Shown piece by piece: positions 12,851 to 25,551 of a stretch of DNA of 63,071 nt. The position numbers and the translations under genes are program-made. Within the stretch, counting starts at the first letter, position 1. Each line of letters opens with the position of its first letter. This DNA is from Hydrolagus affinis. Taxonomy: Eukaryota. The stretch spans positions 186,001 to 249,071 of the forward strand of contig JAAILG010000006.1 in assembly GCA_012026655.1 (NCBI GenBank), in the 5' to 3' direction. A model generated the notes under the pieces. It saw only the letters and a program-made list of their open reading frames with translations. It was not told the origin of the DNA and searched no databases.

Positions 12851-13597
12851 CAGTAGAAGCCCGTTTATCCGGCACCCGTGGGACCTGGCCAATGATGGTC
12901 AAAGCGCCTGCTGGATATTTGGGCGGCCCGCGGCTGAAAACACACTTCAAAAAAATTAAGTTCTTTTAACACACACCATACACACCAGACTAAGTAATAA
13001 CAGATAATAACAGAATATTGTATTGGTATTTATTGTTAACACTGCTCTCTTGCGCTTCTCACCTTTACTGATTGAGGTTTACAGTCCAGCGATTCTTTTT
13101 TAAATGGAGGACGCCAAGTGGGTGAAAAAAACGGCAGCGCGATTTTAAAGTCGCGTGACTTTACTAGTTGCAAGCCGATAGCCCTGGACTCTAGGGGCAA
13201 ACCAAAATACTGTACCTGCGTGACAATGTGGGTTATCGGCTAGCGTTATCGGCTTGCCGCTTGTATGACTTTAAAGTCATACTCTTCAAAGTCATACTCG
13301 CTCCATTTTTTTCATCCGCTCCATTTTAAAAAGAATCGCTGGACTATAAACCTCAACCTCAGCATCGTGGTTTCAAGCGCAGCATCTACCAGCAAAGGTA
13401 AAAAGCGCAAGAGAGTAGTTTTAACAATAAGCACCAATACAATATTCTGCTATTATGTTATTATTTATACATTTACAAATGCTCCACTGCTATTGTTCTG
13501 GATAAGTTCCGGTTTATCGAATGGGGACGTTTTTTGGGGCGTGCCGGTTATATGGAAGTGCCGGTACATTGAGTCACGGATAAACGGGCTTACACTG
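12851..13597. mobile_element. Tigger/pogo-like (Tc1/mariner superfamily) non-autonomous DNA transposon, 747 bp
   Basis: 21-bp TIRs cagtagaagcccgtttatccg / cggataaacgggcttacactg (2 mismatches), TA on both flanks (12849-12850, 13598-13599), internal GKKRKRVVLTI-coding remnant like TIGD2/JRK N-termini. Confidence 0.9.
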
Positions 13598-13828
13598 TAT
13601 ATCTGAACAGTTTGCTGCCTTTATTTTCGATGCGACTGAGAATAACAATATGAAAACACCATTTCTCCTAAAAGATTCCAACTGAAGGAATCATGAACAC
13701 AATTGCCACAGGAGATCAGTGCAGCTCATGTGATTACACAGTGAAAACTGTTACATCTTAGAAAAATGGGGTGATGAAATTCCAACTGTATCTAGATCTA
13801 CTCTATTTAGGTAGCATTATACAGCATC

Positions 13829-14006
13829 CAGAATTTCGCTAGTTTTGAACCAAATCTTAAATTTAAAGTCTAATTTCTGTAGTAATGAACAGCTACAGAT
13901 TACACTTGTATAGTGCCCTTCAAGGAGTCAAGGGTCGAGCTCTTAAAAGAACTTAAAGAAAACTGTTTCGGACTTCAAGCTGAATTCAACAATTTGCCAA
14001 ATTCTG
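13829..14006. mobile_element. Small palindromic MITE-like element interrupted by a short L2 3' end
   Basis: Arms cagaatttcgctagttttgaa / ttcaacaatttgccaaattctg; acagattacacttgtatagtgcccttca in the middle. Confidence 0.5.
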
Positions 14007-14289
14007 AATGCTCAGAAATGCTAGGTAAATAGCATTTTTCGCTAGTGGTCCTTTTTTGCTGTTGTTAAGCAGAATGATAAAAAAAGATATATTTATGTCA
14101 GCATAGAATTAATTTTTCCCAAACTGCTGAGAGCTTTTATAAGGGTCCCTCCATCCCCCAAATGTTGTTCACAGCCATCACAGTACAGTTTACCAATTCC
14201 GTTAATTCCGTGCCTGCTTACTATTATTTTAGCAAAATGTTATCAGCTCCCTTGGATAAACCAAGCCGCTTGGTACCTATCATCACAAA

Positions 14290-14585
14290 ATCAAGCCCTC
14301 CATCAGGAATCACTAGCTCACCTGACGTTCAGATGCAGTGTTAGTGAAATGTTGAGACATTAACGTGAGTTCGCATCTGCATGTTCAGGTACAGGTGAAA
14401 TATCCAGTTGCACTATTCAAAACGAGAAGTGAGTTTCTCTTGGTGTACTGGCCAACACTCGGCCAAATAAAACTAGTCATTCAATGGCTTGTGGGACATT
14501 GCTGTGTTCAAATTAGCTGATGCATCTGCCTGCTAAATACATAGTCACTACTCTTACTGTGTAGTGCTTTGAGACATCCACCTGA
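14290..14585 (+). mobile_element. Family A SINE, degraded
   Basis: tctgcatgttcaggtacaggtgaaatatcc...ggtgtactggccaacac...tgtgggacattgctgtgttcaaattagctg...gctttgagacatcc. Confidence 0.75.
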
Positions 14586-14829
14586 CGAGATTTGGGGGAA
14601 TGGAGGCATCATTACAAAAGCTCTTAGCAGTTTGGGCAAAATTAATTCTACGCAGACATAAAGGTGTCATTTTTTATCATTTGACGTGCATCAATTGCAA
14701 AGATTATTGTTAACGAACGGTAAGGGATGGGAGCGTTCAGTGATTTTCACGCTGATGACTCATCGATTAAACGGGATTGAGAAAATAAAACCAGAGCAAC
14801 ATTTTTGGGGGATGTACTGTGCTAAGATA

Positions 14830-14902
14830 TCAGAATAAGAAGCCATAGGTTTGGGGTTGCAAAGGGCAATTTCAGGACAGACACCAGGAAATATTTATTT
14901 AT
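14830..14902 (+). mobile_element. CR1 ORF2 fragment
   Basis: Reads RIRSHRFGVAKGNFRTDTRKYLF, like CR1 TRGHxxKLxxxxFRxDxRKxFF. Confidence 0.55.
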
Positions 14903-15596
14903 CTTCAGGCTGATGAGGAGGTTAAATTCTTTTTATGTGAGTGACACATCTGAAAGCCTATGTTGTTAACCGCATGTGGTAACAACGGGTGGCAATTCAT
15001 CTGCTCAAATAAATGATTTTCATGACAAATACAGCTGCTCATCAAAAACTTTAAGCAGCACTTATAAATGTGAATAACAAGGAAAACTGGAGAGCAATTC
15101 TATTGCTCATCTGTTCAGTCCCAGCTGTGGAAGGTACAATATTATTTTGATTTACTGAAGTGACAGCGGGGTTGGAAACAGCATGACATAAATTGGATTT
15201 CCTACAGGGAATTCCATGGATGTTACTGCGGCTCGCAATATTTCAGCTTCTGACCTAAGAGCAGTTTTGTTCTTCTTCAGTGCATTCTGTCCAAATGGTC
15301 CTGCATTCCTTCAGGCAGCAAGCTTTGCAGACACATGCATGCAAATGAAGTGATCTGCCCGCCTGATATCTCACCATGTGTTCGCGTACCATTGTGCACA
15401 TCTATATTTGTCTTGTTCTCGTTGACATGTGCCTGGCCACCATAGTGCATTGGAAAATGATGACTGAAGTTGGCAGCAGTGGCTGCTTGCTAACTATTTG
15501 TGGACAAAGTTAGCAAGTCAATTCACGTTACAGTATTTTCAACAAAAACTGTGTCTACTAACTCCTTCAATAGCACCACGGGGTGGAGGAAAGACC

Positions 15597-15856
15597 AATA
15601 ATAATAATCCTTGCATTCGATATCGCGCTTTTCATGTCTTCTAGATGTCTTAAAGTGCTTCACGAATATGCTGTAAAGTGATTTGACTTTATATATGTGG
15701 GTGAAATGCACATAGCAGTGTATCGCAAACAGTTGTGGATTGAAATGACCAATTTATTTTATTTTTTGAGGGATTATTATTAAGCGTGTAGAGTAAGGAA
15801 ACTTGTAAGGTTTCGCTTGTAAGGCAAGTGCTCTAATCACTGAGCTACAGGACTCC
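15597..15856 (-). mobile_element. Family B SINE with deletion in the B-box region
   Basis: Reverse complement of 12397-12715, ending gtgctctaatcactgagctacaggactcc. Confidence 0.85.
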
Positions 15857-15959
15857 ACATATTGGTTGCGGAGAGAAGGATACTAGTGTTTAAATAGTGT
15901 GGATATAAACTCTGCAATGTAAATTGAAGAATATTCCGAAGTCATTGCTTGTTTGCCTT

Positions 15960-16112
15960 TAGAGTTCAGGAAGTGTCTGTGTGGAACTTTTCCTGGGAGA
16001 TATAGAGGGTGGAGTGGGTGGATTCCGTGATAGGGTAAATTCTGCATCGTGTATGAAGGTAACAGGATTAATGGGGTGAAACGCCTTTACTCCTCCAATG
16101 CTGTCTTATATC
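15960..16112 (+). mobile_element. Degraded CR1 3' end
   Basis: tgtggaact...gtggagtgggtggattcc (WN...VE..DS), then aatggggtgaaacgccttt 3' UTR-like motif. Confidence 0.4.
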
Positions 16113-19100
16113 TCTGAGCTCTCTCTCTTGAAGCAGCAAAATAAATGACAGCACATCAGGTTCAGGATCAAGAACAAGAACAATATCCTCACTACAGCTG
16201 TGAGGATAAACTGTAGTTAAAGCCAACTAAAAGAACAATTTTCTGCACACAGATCCAAAAGAGACAGCTTTGTGTTAAATTGGATGGGTGCAGTTTTTTG
16301 TTGTTGTTGAAAAAATTCACAATTAGAGATAATCACGGTAAAGAACAAACCAAATTTGTGAACATGGTCCACAGCATGGACGGGACAGCAATCGCCATCT
16401 CTAGCAAAGTTCATACATGGTAACCAAAACAGTCGCTCACTGCCCGACAAGATCCAGAAAACCATCACTGCAAACTGTTTACTGTTACAGAAAGCACAGG
16501 AATTGGAAATAAATGGTATTGACTGCTTGCCATCTGTGGGGATGCTTTAGCCAGAGAACTCTCAGGTCCATTGGTAAGGTTCACTGACTGCGCGATGCTA
16601 GGGGTTTTAGGGACAATAGGCTCTCAGATCCTTCAGTTAAGATTCACTGGCAAAATCACATGAAGGGTATCTCTAGAGGGAGAAGTTGTGCTGGTAGGCT
16701 TACTGGCTGTGGGCTGAGTAGTGTGTGTCTGGAGACATGAGATTGCGATTCCGCCTGAAACGTTCACTGGATTACGCTCTCCTACTTTGTCTTGGGTCCA
16801 GATAAAATATGGAAGGAATCAGATTAGAGGCACATGAGACTCTTTAAGCGAAGGAGAGACCATTATTCAAACATCACCGCCGTGTCAAGCAGCTTCTCCC
16901 GCTCATCAATTCTGGTCGCCTTTTGGCCAGCTCCCCAGAGACATTTCATACCAATCTGCTCATTTGGAAAGCAGCCTTGAGATGTGTTGGAGGGTGGTAC
17001 TCATTACTAATGGCCATAGCGAAAATGGAAACAGTACCCCTGACGCACGGCACATAAATTCTGCCATAAATATGTTCAGAAGCATCTCTGTCTGATCATG
17101 CATTAGACATGTCAGCTATTAAATGCTATAAAAAACAGGCCTTTTATTGCTCTGAATGTACTTATACTGCTACAAATTGCTCTGTTTTTTCAGCATTTGA
17201 TGTGATGTGATAGCTATCAAGCTCTAAAAAACTCCTGAACAAAATTGACAGACATAAGTTATATCAATATGTGGATAAACATTTTATTGTCAATCATATC
17301 TAAGTAACATTTTCATAATAGTTCCGATGTTTTTATATGAGTAAAAATTAAGAGTTAATTGCAACTTATCTTTGAAGATCATTCCATCTGTCCCTGAGAT
17401 GGGAAATACAATGGAATTTATATTTATACAGTGCTTTTCATATTGGAAGGACATCATAAAGCATTTGACAACACTGAGTGTATTCGCAGGGTGCTACCAA
17501 CTGAACCAGGCGGACAAATAACTATTTAGGGACCTGGCTAATGTCAAAAGCAAATGTCAGTAAAGAATGAACACAGCAAACATGAATACTGTAATGTGAA
17601 AGGTTCTCAGAACATTTGAAAATCATCATTAGACAATTCACATTAAAGTTCAGGACATATGATTAAACGTAATACAAAACACATCTGGTATGAGTTTTCT
17701 TTGTTGTCAATCGGTGAATTATAAACAATCTAATGAAACATTCCGACAACTACAATACTTTTAATATTGGCTTTCAAAGAGACAGTACCGTTGCAATGAG
17801 ATGTGCTTGAACACAGTGAGTTCCATTACTTGACTGTCTCTTCAGGGAGTTCAGCCAAGAAGGTTCCTTATCGGTAAGAAGTACACATCATAGTCAGTGA
17901 TGGATATAGATAGTATCCTGTTACCTATTTAAATAAGGGTCTCTCATCTCCATCTGCCCAGCTCATGCTCTCAGCAGCAAGAAGGTGTATCCATTAAACG
18001 TGGTGAATCCCAGCACAGCCATAATAGACCACCAATGAGACTTTGCTATTCTGAGCAGGTAATACATTATAGGCACATTCTACAAGATTCTTCCATCCTG
18101 CACATGCCTTAACTGCAGATCTTAAGGGATTTGGGACCATCCATTTCATTCTGCACAGATGTACTTATATGTCTTGATTGTCCCCTCTCAGTACCCAACA
18201 GGGACCAAATACCACCCATACCTTAAACACCTTGAAACTGCAGACACTAAGTCCACTCTTTTCTAAAAGATCTAGCCAATAAGTAGTTACATCCAAATGT
18301 CTGAACAATGTAACCTCCTCACCCTACTACACTAAAATGCCACATAGTCTTACGCAGATATGTGTTTAAAAACTGCAATTCAATCTTATTTGGGAAATTG
18401 CCTATTTAAGTAGTCCAGAAAACTGTCTTCCAAATCAATACTGAATTTAAGGATATTTTACAAATTTGCGCAATCGCAGAATCGTAAGACAGAAACGCTC
18501 ACCCAGGGTAAGATGAGGTGAAATTTTAGGCCGGGTGTGTCTGCAAGTACGATATAATTTGAACTGTGCCATGGACTTTGCAAAACTCCAAAACCTAAAG
18601 ATGTATAACTCGTGTTTGTTTGTTTTTCAAAAAAACAAGGACCTTGTAAATTATCATTGTCCAGTTTGCCAAAGTGGGAGACAGAGAGAGAGACAGAAAA
18701 AACCAGTTACTTTTCAGAATCTTCTTTCAGACAATTATGGCTGCAAAAACAATGTGTGGCTTCATTAAATGCGACTAGTGAAAATTTTGCTCTAACTCCA
18801 TTTCCTGTAGATTTAAGTCTTATAGGACTTTAAGCTGATAAATTTTTTTCTTGTATATTTTGCAACGTGCCTGTGGCCTCGGCTGCTTCATCCCCTGATA
18901 TCTCTTCCCGAGATTTGTCTCCAGAGACCACCTAGCTTGCTTCTGCTGCTTCAGCTAGTCTGTGATCCTTGTGAATCTAATGAACAAATTACAAGAGCCT
19001 TTAAGGCCTGCAGCAAAGATTTAGAGCAAAGGTTGAAAGTACAATTTCACGTTTATCAGATAAAACAGCAGAGAATCTAATTTTCAAATTGAAATTTCTG

Positions 19101-19444
19101 GAGGGAGTGTTTGACGAATCTCCCTTTATATAAGCAATAAAGGGCATAATTTATTGCACAATAAATCAAGAGGCCTGATTCAATTGATACCGACATCATT
19201 TGCTATTTGGCTTGGTTACTGAAGCAGCTTCTAGCTGCTAAATGCATTCATTAAATTATATAATAATTTCCAAGTATATAAAAGAGAGGGCAGAAAACAA
19301 GCCTAATGAAATCATGTCAGTGTGAAAATTATGGAGGAGATTATCAGTCCAGAGACACATATTTGTGTGAACGTGGCAAGGCAAGAACTGCTATACGTTG
19401 AGCTAATTTAGATCTAAGCTTAAATATCAGTCATTGATATCAAT

Positions 19445-19630
19445 TAAGTTATTAACTGCAGTTGACCTCAGTGAACTCAGTCTTAGAGAGCAGAAAGCAC
19501 AAAACAAAATCCCAAGTTGGCCTCCTGATTGCTGTCCATTAGCTTCTGTTGCAAAGTGTCCCTGTATGGATGTCATGATTCAAAGTAACTGTAATACCCT
19601 CTCTTAGAGTCAAATTGCCTGTCAATAAAA
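19445..19630 (+). mobile_element. Old interspersed repeat (family C, probable ancient SINE)
   Basis: actgcagttgacctcagtg...ctcctgattgctgtcc...aagtgt aligns with the reverse complements of 39333-39430 and 40095-40400. Confidence 0.45.
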
Positions 19631-21392
19631 CCAGTGCTATCAAATGTAACATTAGTTTTCTTTATTGATGGTTCAGGCTGGGATCCTATCTTATTTCTCA
19701 CTACTTGGAATGTGGGACCGGTCCTTAACGGGACTTACTTAAGGTGCTGTGAGGCCTGAAATTCAACCCAGGCTTAATCTATAAGGCCATTTCTTCCCTT
19801 TAAAGTTTAAAGACAAATGAGTTTTACAAACTGAGGCTAGGGTGGAATTGTGTGCATCTGATGCGTTAGTCTCTCTCAGTAGGCTAATCCTGGAAGACAC
19901 ATTGAGTGCAGAGAATCTGTTTGCACTCCTGACTCATCTGCATGATCCACAGGAGCACCACTTAATTAGTGCTGCTTGTAGTTACCCTTACGCTGAGCGT
20001 GGAAGACATCAGTCTGTGCCTTGCATAGTGCATTGTTTATTTGGTCGCTCTTCACTAGTATGGAGAACAGGAAGATTGTAGTGGGTGCAACAGGGAAAAA
20101 ACACATCTACTGTGGGATGGTGAGTTAGAAGCAGATGTTGCGGATCTGATTATATGCTGCGCACACATATGATTATATGGAAAGACACCTGACCTAAAAA
20201 ATGAACTGATGGTAAATCTGACTTCATCAAAATTTGGTATCCAATATATAAGTTTTATGTATCTCTAACATAAGATTGCCAGTGTAAAGAAACACAGGTC
20301 TGTGACAGTGACAATGTGTATCCAGTTTACAATGTAAGACATCAATTAAAGAGGAAGCATGCAAACGCTCACACTTTTAATCATAAGCTTTACAATAGCA
20401 CAGGTGGTGCAGATAAAACACATACTGAGAGATCTATTATCATGCACTACTGTCGAAGAAAGTCAAACTCTGCGCATTGATCTCAACGTAGAAAGTCAAT
20501 CAAAATAAAGATTTTCTTAAACTGTCTGAACCTCTCATCTCAGAAATATTTTATCAACAAGAAGATTAGGACGTAAAAATGACTGAACGCTAGCGCCATG
20601 CTTGGTAATGTTTATGCCCTGCTACATAATTAAAATCCCCAAATCCATATTCGATATAATCATCCCAGGGGTTGGATATGCGAGGAAGAGAACCATAGCA
20701 GTACTATTGATTCTACATTGGTTTAAAGTCTTCTAATCATCACCAATCTAAAACAAGTTCTCGCTGTTTGTTCTTCCCTCTCCTGAACCCGCCTGTTGTG
20801 CTGCGACTCCAGAGGCAACAATTGCTCTGAACCAAGTGCCAATTCTTCACCTGTGAGGAACGTGTGAGTATCTGCAGGTTATTTGGCTGTGGAGAGGGGA
20901 CATCACAGCTGAGCCTAATGCTGCCTTTACTCAACGTCCACACTTACAAGGTTTCAAGGGGTAGTTACCGGATTTAAGTCATGTATTGCAAGATCAGTAT
21001 TAAAGTAGTATTTAATACTGATAGCATTAGAATATTCGGAACATCTCCCTGTCTGACATTTCTTTTTCTAGCCAAGAGGTACTAAATCTATTCTTAGCCT
21101 CTCTAAGGGGTGCACTCCCTTGAAATCAGTCAATGTAACACAAATTCGATTTGGCTGATCTCAAAAGCTCAGTTTCACATTAGGTCGTGATTTAGCAAAT
21201 GAGTTGTTTGCTGCCCAGTTTTATTTTCATACTACAGTACTGTACTATTTAAGTGCTGCCATTTTGTTTTATTGATATGATGATTTGTCTGGTACTTTCA
21301 ATCCTTGATATTGTTAAATAAAACTTTTCATTCTGTCGCACTACAGGTTTCTATACAGTGCTCTGAGTTGGAAGTCTACTCCTGCAGATTGC

Positions 21393-21530
21393 CAGGCTCG
21401 GTGTGCTTTTCTCACACTCTTGCCTCTGGGTCAGAAGGATATGGATTAATCACCCAGGCTGATGTTGCAGTGCAGATCTGGGCAAGCACAGCCTTGTCAG
21501 AAGTGCTGTCCTTCAATTGAACCATGGAAA
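21393..21530 (+). mobile_element. Family A SINE 5' fragment
   Basis: cacactcttgcctctgggtcagaagg...ccaggctgatgttgcagtgcag...gtcagaagtgctgtccttc. Confidence 0.6.
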
Positions 21531-22264
21531 TGACTGTACAGTGAATGTAACAATGACAATGTACCTATTGTATACTCGCTCCGTATCCTCTTTCATCTGC
21601 ACACATAACCCTATGTCTCTACATAGTGGGTTTAGGGGGGAACATATGAAGTTGCACAATTAAACAATTGAAATGGATTACAAAAGATCACATTTTTCAA
21701 CCAGCCCACCCTCTAAATATAGGATAAGACAGGTGTTTAAACAGCACCTGAAGTTTGTGATTTGTTTTTACCTCACCTTTAAAGGACACAACGAATGAAG
21801 GAAACTTTGTGTAACTTCAGCTGGACAGTTTTAATAGAAGTGTTGTTTTTGCTCTTTCTCCAGTTGTGCACAAAGCCAATACAGTGTATGCCTTAGTGGT
21901 TCAAGCACTGAGGCCTGACAGTGCAAAATTAAGGGAATCAATGTGAGTTTTTTTGAAACACACCAAAAGTTTGGCTGGCGTTTTATTGAAATTCCAAATT
22001 TTGTTTTGGATGAATCTTTGTGCATATCAACAAATGAGGGATGTCAGTGTCTGAGAAAATCTTAACGATGGAGCTATCAGCAACGAGAATACCCAGCACA
22101 GCACAGGCAGGATACTAAAAAAAAACTCCTCCTAAACTGAAGTAATAAATTGCATTGTAATAAATTGAGTGCTAGCCTCAGAGATCGTTTCAGCTACAGT
22201 AGCATGGTATGTTTCCATTACTGACAGCAACCATCCTTTTGCTTTTATTCTTCACAGTAACTGA

Positions 22265-22398
22265 CAATCCAATGCTAATTGGCTGCGTTCAACAACAAAT
22301 AAACCGGTCACTACACCTTACACTATATCTTGTGAAGTGCTTCGAGCCACTTTCACAACATGATGCGGTGCTATATCAACCACAAAGGATTATTAATA
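22265..22398 (+). mobile_element. SINE 3' half
   Basis: taattggctgcgttc...gtcactacac...tgtgaagtgcttcgag...gctatatcaaccacaaaggattatt. Confidence 0.65.
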
Positions 22399-22762
22399 CA
22401 ACTTGCTTATTTCGCTGAACAAACCGTTTTTCAATGGGTCCCTACGGTAAGACAAATTCCAATGCTGCAATAAAAATAAAACTGCATGCTAAATTGAAAT
22501 ATCTTCAATTAACATTGTCTATTACACCTTATTAAGAGTTAAAGGCATTGTACAGATGTTTTTTCATTTTGTTTCTTTAATAAATAAATTTATCCCACTT
22601 GCCTATTAAACAGCAAATTATATTCACTTGCTGTAACTGCGGAGACATATCATTTTGTGCAAATAATACATGGAATGAAGATAAGTTATTCTCCTCAATA
22701 CTGGAGGGGAAAAAAATGGGGCATAAATCTTTAATACTGATCTTGCAATGCATGAATTAAAC

Positions 22763-23205
22763 AAATAATAAAAATTATAATCCTTATAGCACTTTTCACG
22801 TCAGGAAAGCGGCTCAACAAGCTTTACAAGAGTTCACTGGACAGCGCAGTGACTGTAGTTTGTCGATGATCACAGCAGCCAATTTGTGCACAATAGTGTC
22901 CCACAAACAGCCGTGAAGTGATTGACCAATTTTATTGGAGTAGTTGTTGGGCAAGATGGAGGGAAAAAGTCCATTCTCTTTTCAAATAGCATTATGGGAT
23001 ATTTACGTCCACCTATACAGGCAAAATGGATGTCAGTATAAAGTCTCATCCAAGGGATGGCACTTCTAACAACACAGCAATATTCCAGCACTGCACCAAA
23101 GTGCCAGCCAAGAGTATGAGCCAAGACTACGTTCCAATGTGATGCTTGAACCCACAACCTTCAGACTCGAAGGCAAGTGTGCTACCAGCTGAGCCCCGCT
23201 GACAC
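22763..23205 (-). mobile_element. Family A SINE, full length
   Basis: Tail aataat, gcagccaatttgtgcac, Deu-like core, head cttgaacccacaaccttcagactc...gctaccagctgagcc. Confidence 0.9.
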
Positions 23206-24764
23206 CCAATGTTGACTAATCTTTTGAATTGGAAACAGAAGTTAGTCCAAACACAATATTGACTCAAGCCAAGATGCCCACGTTTTGATCAGGAAATCAT
23301 ATTGGACTGAAAATAATGGAGTGCAAGTTGTGACCTTGTCTGTGTTATTTATCATTGGTGATGATTCTCGCATTGCTGCTGAACGGGGTTGAGCTAGTTA
23401 ATATCTGGACTCTTCCACATGTGTCATTCTGCCGTTATTCAACATGAAGGCAGCTGGTATCTATGGAACTTTATCTCAGTTATCCAACCAGAAATATTAG
23501 GGCAAGTTCTTGTAGTTGACAGCATTTTTTCAGGGTGATTGAAATTCAAAGCCCAAACCAACAAGATAACTGCCTGAAAAGTAAACTTGAGATGACACAG
23601 AAAATGCACATGCCCACCAAATTCTAAATGTACTGAATTATTTGGATGCTATCTGGATAAAGTTGCCTCGTATAAATGTTTCCTTAACTCTTCTAATTTT
23701 AAAATGTGCTTGTTATGTTTCTGAACAATTTCCTTACAGTTTATTTAACCTCAAATCTCTCATGTGAGTTGCTAACATGCACCTATTTTGTGAGTCTTTC
23801 TCTTCCGATCACGTGGTATCATTATTGGAAAACTTTACCACACAGTTCAACCTACTGACAATGGCAGTACAACTCATTTCAACATTTGATTTGAAAGAGA
23901 ACCGTTTCATTTTTAATAAGGATTAACTGTTTGTATTATTCTGCAGATTTGCATTCCGCAGCAATCGCCCACAAGACTCTGAAAACGGAAAATCATGCTA
24001 CACCACCTTAGAGAGCCTCAGCTTTTTCCTTTAAACCCCAGCGTGTCCCATGACAAATGCAGGCATCATTAATAAAGCCTACGTTCCTCAATCTGCTCAA
24101 ATACAGTGCTGTCCAAACCCAAGGGATTTGAATGCTGATTTATCAAATGCGAAGCAATAAACCCTCCCACATTTTCTGTCTGAAAGTTTGCAATGTTCAT
24201 TTAGTGCACTGTATACATCAGGGAATGCTGAGTGGTGTGAAATACATATTGCATGTTCAAAGATCCTTCAAAACCTGGCAGCACCAAATAGTATGTTTTT
24301 TTTTATAGTTTGCAATGAGCTGCTCAGTTGTGATGGAAGATATTTGCTGGAGAAAACGATTCAGCCGCACACTCAAAGTGTGTAAATATAATAAATGAAT
24401 AATGAATTAATTGCTTGGATATGAGTGTATTAATGATCCAAATACAAAATAAAGTAGAATAAAATGAATACCTCATTACACTAATTAAACAAAGTGAAGA
24501 ACACTCGTATATCATAAATGCCATTTTACAGCCATGCTCCCTATTTCCAATCCCCCTGATAATGTAATGGTTAAATGCCCATATGCAGTGAGTTGCTATA
24601 ATAAATCTCCATGCCCCTGAGATAGAAAAAGGGCCCAAAATAAATATCCGCCAGGTTACCAATCCCTGATTGTTATCCAGTAATCCTGGGGAAAAGTACA
24701 CGTGTAGGCATTAAATGAGGACAGCATAGACTTTTGGCTGCGATGCTCTCGATAGATAGCAGAC

Positions 24765-25050
24765 ATAACTTATTACATTGAAATATCACCAAGCACTTCA
24801 AAAGTGATTGGTTTTGAAGTCGATCCAGATGTAGGCAAAGGCTGGGCCACATAAACGGTCTCAAGGAGAATGGTCAAGTGATCTGGAAGAATTGTTGATC
24901 ATGATAAGTTAGGAAGGGGAAATTCCATTCCGTTCCAAATAGTGCCTAGAGATATTTAATGTCCAACTGAACAGGCACTCGGGACCTTAGTTTAAAATCT
25001 CATCTTGAAGACGACATAGTCAAATAAGCTGACAGCTACTGATGTCCAGG
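24765..25050 (-). mobile_element. Family A SINE, degraded
   Basis: caaatagtgcctagagatatttaatgtccaactgaacaggc...gtttaaaatctcatc. Confidence 0.6.
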
Positions 25051-25412
25051 TTGGCTTACAAAGAAGACACATGCTACGAAAAATTTTAATATCTGTGTTT
25101 ATCTGCAATTGATTTGAAAAGGTATAAAAATGGAAATACATTTCTGGATCATAAAGTTCTGATCACTTAAGTTCCTTCACTTCTATATAGAATTTTTAAT
25201 TGAGACAATGAAAAACCATATATATATTTTAGTGTCAGCCTGGCTCAATTGATTGTATATTTTCTATCTGAAGCTTGTGGGTTCAAGCCTCTCATTGGGA
25301 CTTTGAACACATGATCTATGCCAACATTACAATGCGATGCTGGGGTTATATGGCATTGTTAACGGTATCGTCCTTAGAATGAGATGTTAACATAAGGCTG
25401 TGTTACCTGTTT

Positions 25413-25551
25413 AACAACAACAACTTTGATTTATAGAGCGCTCTCCAGGCCCGACGGCATCTCAGAGCGCTTTACAATGACGGAACCTGGGCCCGAGCCA
25501 GAGGGAGGGGGAAAAAGGTGACTGAAGGCGCAGTCGAACAGAAAGGTCTTT
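25413..25551 (-). mobile_element. L2 3' end (subfamily B)
   Basis: (aac)n tail, agcgctct...agagcgct stem, end of ORF2 reading KTFLFDCAFSH on the minus strand. Confidence 0.85.

Noticed and set aside
13265-13606. 113-aa ORF as an intact transposase or TIGD gene
   Set aside because: Only about 13 residues match the CENP-B-type N-terminus; no HTH continuation or DDE domain
20993-21022. Perfect 12-bp hairpin atcagtattaaa-gtagta-tttaatactgat
   Set aside because: Short, AT-rich and isolated; no supporting context (not a terminator in a eukaryote)
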